From contig CBFFRP010000344.1 of assembly GCA_965644295.1 (NCBI GenBank), positions 1 through 24,329 of the forward strand: DNA of 24,329 nucleotides. Reading direction: 5' to 3'. Made by a program: the position numbers and the translations under genes. Below the pieces are notes generated by a model. That model was not told the DNA's origin and ran no database searches. It saw only the letters and a list, made by a program, of their open reading frames with translations. Below, in pieces: positions 1 to 9,341 of this stretch. Each line of letters begins with the position of its first letter. Position 1 is the first letter of the stretch. The stretch is from Paraphysomonas bandaiensis. Lineage: Eukaryota > Protista > Chrysophyceae.

Positions 1-261
1 AAAGTCGACCAGGGCTAAAAAGCATAGTTTTTGTTTGCTAAACAACGAAAAAAGGGCGATTTCTTGCATGGTCGACATACACTATTCCCCGTGCTGGATT
101 ATTTCCCACCCACAGAGGGATGTGTTGGAATTCTATGCATGGCACTATCGTCACCAGGATATTCTAATCGCCTCTAGAGTGTTCCATTTACTCCCAAGCA
201 ATCATCATAATAATAACACTGGAATACTGTCATACAAGCAACACTATCACAGTCTAATAAC

Positions 262-954
262 ATGACGAAATCAGTTCTTTTGGTCTTAACGAACCATGGA
301 GTGGTGGAAGGCACGGATGTAGCCACAGGATGGTATCTTCCAGAGTGCGCTCATCCATATTTTCGATTCAAAGATGCCAATTACGACATATCATTCTGCA
401 GTGTGTCTGGTGGCGATACAACAGTTTCTCCAAGTAGTCTTGATATGACGGATGAAGAGAACAAATCATTCTGGGAGAATGCTGAGACGAAATCACTGAC
501 AGAAAACACCAAACCACTCTCTGATTTTGATGGATCAAAGTTTGATTGTGTCTTTTTTGTCGGAGGATTTGGAACGATGTGGGATTTCCCTGATAATGAA
601 CATGTACAGAGGGTAGCGAGAGAAGTTTACGAACGGGGAGGTGTTGTTGGTGCTGTATGCCACGGCCCCATTGCACTTGCCAATGTCAGGCTGAGCAATG
701 GTTCCCTTCTTGTGGAAGGTAAAGGGTGTACTGCATTCTGCAACGAGGAAGAAGCCCAAGCTGGTATGGAATCTCACTTGCCTCAGCGAGAAGGCGGTAA
801 GTCGTGCGAAGATATTCTCGCAGCACGTGGTGGTCGTTTCAGCAAGGGCGCAGCCTGGTCTAACCATGTAGTTTCTGATGAGCGGGTAGTTACAGGTCAA
901 AACCCTATGTCAGCGAGATCTGCTGCTGAGGCTTGCATTGCTGCTTTAGCATAA
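262..954 (+). CDS. DJ-1/PfpI (class I glutamine amidotransferase-like) family protein, Hsp31-like glutathione-independent glyoxalase/chaperone, 230 aa, intronless
   Basis: Single ORF with Hsp31-type motifs: TGWYLPECAHPY (conserved Glu), VGGFGTMWDF (family GGHG position), nucleophile elbow GAVCHGP (Cys-His), AFCNEEE, and C-terminal VVTGQNPMSA. Confidence 0.92.
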   Translation: MTKSVLLVLTNHGVVEGTDVATGWYLPECAHPYFRFKDANYDISFCSVSGGDTTVSPSSLDMTDEENKSFWENAETKSLTENTKPLSDFDGSKFDCVFFVGGFGTMWDFPDNEHVQRVAREVYERGGVVGAVCHGPIALANVRLSNGSLLVEGKGCTAFCNEEEAQAGMESHLPQREGGKSCEDILAARGGRFSKGAAWSNHVVSDERVVTGQNPMSARSAAEACIAALA

Positions 955-1993
955 GTATTGTATTCTGGAGACAGCACGTGTGACCACTAGCATGCATACA
1001 AAGCTGATGTTTTGGGTAGCAAGTAAATATAAGAAATTATATCTGTAGTTATTACTTCTTTATCTCGGCACTTTTTAACGGATGCAATGGGCTGAAGGTC
1101 GAAAAATTCAGCTACTACGTATAACGTCGGTATATTAGAAATTATATATATGATTGTGCTCAACACTGCAAGTATTATTTAGCTGAATTCATGTAGAGAG
1201 TGCTTATCTATTTACAGTGTCAAATCTTCAGATTGCTTGATGAGATGCTTTCTAGGTATAGTAAAATCACACCATTATATAAACACGTGTTAGTTACCCA
1301 ATAGCCATAACTTATCTGCTCGATATTGCTTCATTAAACAATCTATCGCTAGCCGCAGAGCAAATAATATAATTCTATTATAAACGGATTACTCTGACAT
1401 GTATTTGATAGGCGGATTCTCCTTTATAGTCGACTTCTGTATCATATAAACATGCAGCTATTCTGCTTACAACATTAGCAGTCAAATTAAACTCGCATAC
1501 TTCTTTGTAGTGCCCAAACAGTAATAATCGCCCAGATACTGCCTTTTTAAAATAGATGACGTTTAATAGTTAAAAAATAAAAGTAGTTCTATAAATAACC
1601 TTATGTTTTACCAACTAATTCCAGACCACATACAAGGCGGTGGCCCATATGGATATTAAAGAACAAAGACACTCATACTCAAAGTATGGTCCTACTAAAA
1701 CAAGGGATCATAGAATAGAATGCAAGGCGGATGAGTGTGTATAAACTTTGTGAAGAATTTTCTCATGTAAATACGTCTCTGATACCTCTGCTCATGGTAT
1801 CTATAGATTGCAATAGATATCATACACTGTGCCGATAAGATACGGCCATATCAACCGTCAATATAATACAGTATAATACAGCATAATACCCTGCGACAAG
1901 GTATACTACAGTATACACGGTATACACCGGACCACTCTCTAGAAATCATCTTCTCTTATTACAGCAGTATACGTGTGTATTCTGCACTGTGCT

Positions 1994-2070
1994 GTATATG
2001 TATATGTGTATCTATATGTATGAATGTATATGTATGTATATGTATGTATATGAATGTATATGTATGTATG
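1994..2070. repeat. Degenerate (TATG/TA)n microsatellite upstream of the ARM-repeat gene
   Basis: Directly visible tgtatatgtatatgtgtat...gtatgtatg low-complexity tract. Confidence 0.85.
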
Positions 2071-2204
2071 CCTGTGTGCTCGTAGTCCGAGTCATGTGGT
2101 TGCTTCTCTAGAAGATACATACATAAACACCTTCACAGAGCCTGCTACCTCCATCTGATCCCTTCACTCATCACTCATCACCATTCCATGACCCGTTAAT
2201 CTTC

Positions 2205-4370
2205 ATGGATATACCGGATAACTTAGATGATATAGCGGATCAGTTATCAGCTGCTATTAACAGTGCATTGAACGACAATGCGACTGATCCCTTAACAAGA
2301 TCCCCTTTAATCCCTCTAACCCCCCCTAGAGGACGAGATGAAACATCCTCTAGTGTTGGAGGGAATGATATGAATCAGACTGTTGAGGAAGCCACGAGAT
2401 CTGCTGTGCGGTACGGAAACTACCGGCCACTGCTCCAATTGTGCACAAGCACCAATGAACAGACTGTTCGAGCGGCGAGTGAAAGTCTTGTTGGGATTAT
2501 TGGTATGCTTCCCAATCATAAGAAAGTTGAATTATGCAAATCAGCTGCTCTTCCTATTATTTTTTCCTTGATGCATGTGCCTCAGCTTGTTGTGAAAGAG
2601 CATATAATGGGCGTATTGTTTACTCTTGCGAAATTAAGTGCAAATAAGAGTATTTTACTAACTGGTGGCGCTATATCACACGCAGTAAGTTCACTGAAAG
2701 ACAGTACGCCTCTTCTGCAGGAACTCGCTAGTGGCGTTATAATGAACTTGTGTGCAGAGGAGAGTGGGAAACGAGAGATCTCTCAAACCGATGGCATTGT
2801 TTTGCTAGTAGAAGCAGTTAAGGTGGGCACAGTGCGGTGCCAAGAGTTTGCTACTGGTGCTTTGATGAACTTGGCTGTTGAAACATCTCTACGACCACAA
2901 ATAGTTAGTGCTGGTGCCTTGCCTGCTCTGCTCTCTGTTTTGAGATCTAGTCCTCCACAGGGAAATCTGGAGAATGCTTTGGGTGCCCTCATAAACCTTG
3001 CCATATCCACTGAAAATAAGGTTCCAATTGTGGAAGCTGGGGCGCTCCCGGTGCTTGTTGACTTGCTGCAGAGTGCTTCCACTACAGTACAAGAGGAAGC
3101 AGCCGGTGCTCTTCTGTCACTAGCTGTGGCGAAGAACAACAAGCATGCTATTGCTGAGTCGCATGCTGTGCCGCAGTTGCTCACTCTGGTCCGGTCTGGC
3201 AACACAGGGGTGCAATGTAATGCCTTAGGTGCTCTTGTAAACCTGTCTTCTGAGCAGGATATACGATTGGAGATTGTTCGAAAGGGTGGGGCTGATACGC
3301 TTGTATACGCACTCCGGTCGCATGCAGGGGTTGTTGCCCAGCGAGCTGCCACTGTCCTTCTGAGATTAGCAGATTCTTTGGTCCACCGAGTACTGATGTG
3401 TCAAGCAGGTATAGTCGATAGTCTTGTGGAAGTTGTTGGGAGATTCCCTACACCTCCCATGAGGACCACAGCATCGGCTCTGCTATTGTCGCTCTCGCAA
3501 GATGATCGTACCCGCGCTGCTTTTGTGACTGAGGGCAGCGGGGCATTACAGATGTTGCGCAATATGTTGGGCGACCCGGATTCTGATCCCGGACTTCATG
3601 TGATAGAAAATGCATCGGGGTCTTTGCTTAACCTTTGTAATCAGCCCAGTATATTGAACATTCTGATGTCATACGATCTTGTCCCTTTGCTTGTGAAGCT
3701 TCTACCGATTGTTCCCAAGGATAGAGACTCTGGGGGTGTAGAAATGAGAAGAATGGTGGTAGCAGAGAATGCAGTGGAGCTACTACGTCTTTTCTGTACG
3801 ACGGACACCTTGCGGAAAGAGGTTGTCAAGGCGGGGGCAGTACCCTTGATGATTCGGTTGCTGGATATGGGAAGCCAAACGGCGAAAGAGTCAGCCGCTG
3901 GGCTCGCTATGAGTTTGTGCTACGAAGAATCATGTGCCAATGCAGTGCTTTCTGCCGGTGGTTTGCGGTCGCTGATGAATCTGTTATCAACTGGCACTGG
4001 CGCGATGCAAGAAGAAGCAATTTGTGCGATGTTATATTTGGCTGACGATGAGGAGAATAGATTTACCTTGGTGAGAGAGGGAGTACTCGGTCCTGTAGTG
4101 AAACTACTGCGGGTTGGGTCGCTGCAGTGCACTGCGGATGCAGTTGAGATCGTATCTCTATTGGCCGAGGAGCCGGAACTAAAGGCAGCCATCGGTGCAG
4201 CAGGCGCGATTCCACCTTTGATATCACTCATGCGACAAGGTGGTGATGTGACAATTAAGCGGACGGCTACACTCACGCTGCGATTATTAGCGGATAACTC
4301 CGAGTGTAGAGAACACATGAGACAGGCGTATCTCACTCCTCAGAGCATTCTATATGTAGGACCCTGGTGA
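2205..4370 (+). CDS. Armadillo (ARM) repeat protein, 721 aa, intronless; Vac8/U-box-ARM-like repeats, function unassigned
   Basis: Long ORF with tandem ~41-42-aa repeats such as IVEAGALPVLVDLLQSASTTVQEEAAGALLSLA, IVSAGALPALLSVLRS...ENALGALINLA and IGAAGAIPPLISLMRQG. The N-terminal ~60 aa are low-complexity. There is no MG myristoylation start, so it is not called VAC8. Confidence 0.9.
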   Translation: MDIPDNLDDIADQLSAAINSALNDNATDPLTRSPLIPLTPPRGRDETSSSVGGNDMNQTVEEATRSAVRYGNYRPLLQLCTSTNEQTVRAASESLVGIIGMLPNHKKVELCKSAALPIIFSLMHVPQLVVKEHIMGVLFTLAKLSANKSILLTGGAISHAVSSLKDSTPLLQELASGVIMNLCAEESGKREISQTDGIVLLVEAVKVGTVRCQEFATGALMNLAVETSLRPQIVSAGALPALLSVLRSSPPQGNLENALGALINLAISTENKVPIVEAGALPVLVDLLQSASTTVQEEAAGALLSLAVAKNNKHAIAESHAVPQLLTLVRSGNTGVQCNALGALVNLSSEQDIRLEIVRKGGADTLVYALRSHAGVVAQRAATVLLRLADSLVHRVLMCQAGIVDSLVEVVGRFPTPPMRTTASALLLSLSQDDRTRAAFVTEGSGALQMLRNMLGDPDSDPGLHVIENASGSLLNLCNQPSILNILMSYDLVPLLVKLLPIVPKDRDSGGVEMRRMVVAENAVELLRLFCTTDTLRKEVVKAGAVPLMIRLLDMGSQTAKESAAGLAMSLCYEESCANAVLSAGGLRSLMNLLSTGTGAMQEEAICAMLYLADDEENRFTLVREGVLGPVVKLLRVGSLQCTADAVEIVSLLAEEPELKAAIGAAGAIPPLISLMRQGGDVTIKRTATLTLRLLADNSECREHMRQAYLTPQSILYVGPW

Positions 4371-5789
4371 TCAGAGAGTATTCAGCGGTTTATATCTTGG
4401 AGGATTTAATAGCTTCTAGCTGGGTGATTTTGGAACAATGTATTGTATCTCTGTACTAGATGACGTGTAGACGTACTTATAGAAAATATTGTATTCATTC
4501 GTGTACTGAGAAATTTAATTAATTTTAACATGAATTCTTTTTATTTGCAATTACAATCAATTTTCTTGCTGTCATGTTGAATATCCACCCACAGTACTAT
4601 ACCTATAGCTGTGTGCACGTACTGCTACGAAATGCAATGTACGAAAAATATGATGTATTATCTCCGTCAGCCCGATATATTATAGGCCAAGGATAGAGAA
4701 TATTGTTAGATAGCGTTCCGTCAATAGTACTGTACAATGTATTGCAATATATTGTGAGCTACTTTAACAGAAACCAGTCCACCCATCAATGTACTGTACA
4801 ATATATTGTTCCCTAACCCTGTTATAAGCATACCTGTCTAATATAAGGTAACTAGCGTGTACTGCCGTCACTATCAGGATCACTTAAAGGTAATACATAC
4901 TTCGACTCTAAGAACTTTAGAGTAGTTTTTTTAAAGGTAGGCAACATGTTCACACTTGTTTACTCGCATTCAATCTCCTTCTAGTAAGTTAACGTGCTGT
5001 TGATACCAGATATTTGAAGAGCTAGAGTTAATACAATTGCGTGTACAAGTGATTGAGAAAATTATCTCTTCTCAGAGCTAAATTAAAGAATTGTAATGAA
5101 AGTACTACCTTTGTGACGGCGATAGAAGAAAGGAACTGTTATAATAATTCGAATCGTTACTGTAGAGTCGAGTTTTACGCAATTACAGATCGAGAGTTCT
5201 TATAAATATGTAATCTCACTGTGTATGGTATATATTTACGTATAGCTCTATACGTTGCAAGGAAGACACATGTTGATATGGGCATAACTACAGGGCGAAT
5301 ATAAGGACATGAAGATGCTCATTACGTCTGAGGCTATTACAGCTTCACCTTTACATGTGAATAAGGTTATAGGTACACATACAGTATAGTCTATATGTAT
5401 GTAGCACTTGCATGTTCCAGTTATCTATAGTCTGCAGATGCATACGAGTAGCAAGATACTGGTGCAGGTAGCACACGGTATCATACATTATTGGGACAAA
5501 CGGCGTCACCAGATATACCATGGAGGGAGTATTCCACTGTATTTCACTGTATAATTGATGTACGTATTTTCACAGTATTCTAGAGATGTATTTGTAATCT
5601 AGAAGGCCCCCTACACGTACATATATACACGCTCCTTATGTATGAAATATCACGTAAGCACATCCCTCTACATACACATACATACACATATACTCATATC
5701 ACTGCTGTCAGCACTCCCTGTCAGTGGTAGCCATTTCTCACCAGTCGAGTCATCAATTCAAGTACTCTTGACGGAATCAACTTCACGGG

Positions 5790-7846
5790 ATGCGTGTGTG
5801 TATCGGGCTGTTGTGCTTATGGCTTACAACTGCCGCTACCTCACTATGTACGTATACATATGCATGTACATGTATATGAGGACATCTCTGTGTGTATGTG
5901 TGTATGTATGAGCATCTCTATGTACGCATATGCATATATGGGTATGTGAGTACAGGTCTCTATGTACGTATGTATGTATGCATGTATATGTATATGTATG
6001 TACCATATCTATACGAGGAGGTGTGTGTATACGTGTGGCAGCCTCTGCATATGCATCTCTATGAGGATATATATACACGTTATGAGTCTAATGGCTCTGC
6101 AGATGACCCCAATGCCCCTCAGATCGATCCTGTGCATGGCAATAGAGGCCTGATGATCGACGCAGGTGTGGTTCGGACATACATCTGAAGGTCACTTAAC
6201 GTTAAACGCATACAGGAAGCGGTGGATCCCGTCTGCATATCTTCTCATGGGAACCGGTAATACCATGTACATAAACTATTACGCCGTACATAACTATGTG
6301 TTGCTGTGTAGCGAGTATTCAACACCGCCCCCCCCCCACTATCCTTTCCCAAGTCTGACGAAAAAACCACTGAACGTATCAGTCCGGGAATGTCTTACTA
6401 TACAGACGACTACGAAGGACTGAAGAAGTATTTTGCGTATCTCATTGACCTCGCCAAGATTACTTTGGCTGAGTACAAGGAGTACTGGCATACTTACCCG
6501 ATATATCTGAGAGCAACTGGTATGACCACTGGTCGTTATAATATTATCTTGTGTGTTATGGTTGCGCTCATTCAGGAGGAATGAGATTGGTTCCAATGGC
6601 TCGCCGGGAAAGTATGATGGCGTATACACGCGAGCTATTCTCAGACAAGGAATTCTGTCCTTTCTTTTTCCAGTTCGACTTTGCTCGTGTTATGTCCGGC
6701 GAAGAAGAAGCTGTCTACGCGTGGGCAGCAGCCAACTATCTTTTTGGCACCCTCCTTCCTAATATACATGGTTCGGGAGCTGTTAATAAACCTATCAAGG
6801 GCACCTTTGGCACCGTCGACCTTGGCGGTGCATCTACACAGATCGCGTTTTTTGTTCCCTCACAGGACGTTTCAGAGGGTTTATTCAAATTACAAATTGG
6901 GTCTCAGCGCCACTGGAACGTTTACGCCAAGTCATTTTTAAAGTACGGTCATAATTCTGCTCGAGAGCGCCATTTTGACCGGCTAGTGGCCGCTGCTAAA
7001 GCCAATGACAGTGCCAGTGCAATAGACTACTGTTTCTACTCTGGCTACCATGAAACTATTTCTTCTGTTACGTTATCTGGCCCAGCCGACCCGATATCCA
7101 ACCAATTCGACTTATGTGCAAAGAGCTTGATGCCTCTAATGCAAAAAGAACTTAATTCTTTTTGCAATACTGTGTATGATGGCGAGTGTAGTATGGACGG
7201 CTTCTACCAGCCCAAATTGCCTAGCTATACTGACGGACACTTCATTGGCTCTGCCACGTACAAGTACCCATGGAACTTTCTCGAGATGCCCGAGACTGCG
7301 TCAATAGATGAATTTAAGGAGAAAGCCAAAAATATATGTGCTATGTCATATAAGGACATCAAGATATACAGCTCCAAGCTGAAATCAACCATCAAGAAGA
7401 ATGAATTGATTCCCTACTACTGTTTCTTGAGTGCATACATCACAGTACTACTAGAGAGTAAGTATAATCTGTGAGTATAGTCTGTATGTCATGTAATATC
7501 TTATTATGCAGATGGATATGGGTTCACGAGCAATCAGACGTTCACTGTCATTGACAACGTTGCTGGTCACAAGGTGGGATGGGCTCTGGGCTCAATGCTG
7601 TATGAAATAAACGGCCTCCCTTACATTTTGTCGCCTCCTACTTGGAAGGAATGCATCGGAAAAGTGACAGCTGGTGTTATTGGCGGTGAGATAGTTTTAT
7701 AATAGAATTACTTATTGTACAATATCTGACGCCTTTACATAGGACTAGTATTCGGGTGTGCCATAACTTGGTACTTTTTGAGCGTGACGAAAAAGCCCTT
7801 TACTCGCCGCAGTGGTTACGACACTATTCCGGGGAACGAGTTATGA
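5790..7846 (+). CDS. GDA1/CD39 family apyrase (E-NTPDase), ~509 aa, signal peptide plus C-terminal TM; exons 5790-5847, 6103-6165, 6216-6256, 6312-6519, 6576-7457, 7512-7685, 7743-7846
   Basis: All introns are GT-AG and the frame is continuous (1530 nt). The spliced product contains all five apyrase conserved regions: IDAGSGGSRLHIF, LRATGGMRL, SGEEEAVYAW, DLGGASTQI, VGWALG. The N-terminus MRVCIGLLCLWLTTAATSL is signal-peptide-like. The C-terminal hydrophobic segment is VTAGVIGGLVFGCAITWYFL. Confidence 0.92.
5848..6102 (+). repeat. Low-complexity TATG/CATCTCTATG-rich tract making up apyrase intron 1 (255 nt)
   Basis: Bounded by gtacgt...ctgcag. It contains recurring units resembling catctctatgtacgtatgtatg and explains the spurious MYVC-type ORFs in the track. 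Confidence 0.8.
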
Positions 7847-8298
7847 CACTGCTCTTATGTACAGAGCAGGTGTCACTACATTGAATTACTTTTCGAGCTC
7901 TTCTTTCAACTTTCTAGTAGAGATATTTTGAAGTATACCACGCAACACCAGTTTGGCGTTCCGAAGTAGTAATTTGTAATCTGATATCGTCAGACTTCGC
8001 TGCAGTGGCTCTGATAAGTAAATATAGCAACGAACATTACAGTCGTTGTTCAGTCTAGTGGATCAGTGCTGGTTCACCTTAACAAGTCTTTCTAAATCAA
8101 AATGACAGTTATATTGTCTGGCGTGCTTTTCTCGATTATTGTTTTTGCTTCAACTACGTTTTATAGGTACTCAGATATCACGTTGTTAATAATAATATAT
8201 ATAACCTGATATATTTACGGGGAGTATATTGTAGTTCTTTAAACCTAACTATAATCAATGTTGTATAGTAGTGAATGTCTTATTATTAGCAATAGGCG

Positions 8299-9071
8299 TG
8301 TAAGATTCAGAAGTAATGTAGCAAAACAATTTAACTAACTAGTGCTGAACTCTGATATCCTACTATTTGGCGCTACGAAAGCTGCTTGTGCGCCACCACA
8401 AGCCCCAAGGTGCAACCACTTTCGCTCTCTGTCCTTAAGGTGAACTAGTCCGGATGCGTGACTTCAGCAGGCAGCCCAATACCATCGTCGTACGAGAAAT
8501 GAGTGGTAGTAGAGACAACATGAAGTTGATGAATGATAAGATATATTGATCATAATTTATAATAGAGTATAAGTTACCTTCCGTTGTTAAGTTAATACTT
8601 CTCATATAATGTCAAACCTTGATAGTGTAGACGTTTTGACAAATAGGCAGACATCCGGGAATGGACCCACTTCAAGGGAATCCGGGGTATTGGACTGCCT
8701 GCTGAATTCAAGCATCCGGGCTGTGCTCCTTAAGGACAGAGAGCGAAAGTGGTTGCACCTTTGTCCTTTAACCTCTCAGGTATAAATTACAGTAAGATTA
8801 TATAACTCAATACTTAGATATGAAAACTGGTGAAATAGCTTTACCAGGTTTTGGTATTACATCGACTTTTGAGTCCTTAAGTCTGCAGATGCCAGGTATA
8901 TCAACATTCTGCTTGCTCACTGAGTTTGCTTTGAGTGATAGATCGAAAGTGGTTGCACCTTGGGGCTTGTTTGCGGTGACGCACAAGCAGCTTTCGTAAC
9001 GCAAAAAAGTAGCTTGTCAGAGTTAAACACTGGTAAGTTAACTTTTTGCTACATTAGTTCTGACTCTTACA
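8299..9071. repeat. Long imperfect inverted repeat (foldback/MITE-like): arm A 8299-8483, spacer 8484-8685, arm B 8686-9071 (interrupted)
   Basis: 8299-8424 is the reverse complement of 8944-9071 (roughly 85% by eye). 8407-8483 is the reverse complement of 8686-8761, including a perfect 34-nt match (ccttaaggacagagagcgaaagtggttgcacctt). The outer ends read tgtaag...cttaca. Confidence 0.9.
8744..8961. mobile_element. 182-bp insertion (8762-8943) flanked by a perfect 18-bp direct repeat (putative target-site duplication)
   Basis: cgaaagtggttgcacctt occurs at 8744-8761 and 8944-8961. Arm A carries the uninterrupted empty site (reverse complement at 8407-8424). A mobile origin is inferred, not shown. 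Confidence 0.55.
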
Positions 9072-9341
9072 AATAATCAAATAAGAAATTAATCAGTGTG
9101 TTTAGTTAATTACGTTTTGCATTTGTAGAGTTGTTTTATAATGTTCTGCCACCAACAAAACGTAGTAATTTTAACAGCGCCGTACGTTGCCACCCTGGCA
9201 ATGTGACAATTCACATACAATGTTGCCTGAAATGCTAATCTATTTACCTATTTATAGTCCATTAATATTCGATGTGATATGAGGCACTGTACGACAACAA
9301 CGAAATCCGAAAGAATATAGTGCAGCACTAGGCCAGATCGT

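Noticed and set aside
2783-4336. Antisense ORFs of 189 and 138 aa inside the ARM gene
   Set aside because: They are shadow frames of a long coding sequence with no recognisable motifs.
5836-6188. Several overlapping Tyr/Met/Cys/Val-rich ORFs
   Set aside because: They lie in the low-complexity intron 1 of the apyrase. Only 6103-6165 is coding.
8040-8175. tRNA A-box-like tagtgg/ggttc and an aactacgtt...atagg stretch reminiscent of IscB omega-RNA
   Set aside because: No cloverleaf can be built, no further omega-RNA elements are visible, and there is no IscB/TnpB/Fanzor ORF in the window.
8697-8716. gcctgctgaattcaagcat resembles the 5' end of LSU rRNA
   Set aside because: The similarity is short and imperfect, and the flanks do not continue as rRNA.
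8407-8961. Three copies of an 18-mer as a possible CRISPR-like array
   Set aside because: One copy is inverted, the spacing is 200 bp or more, the context is eukaryotic and no cas genes are present. An inverted repeat plus insertion explains it.
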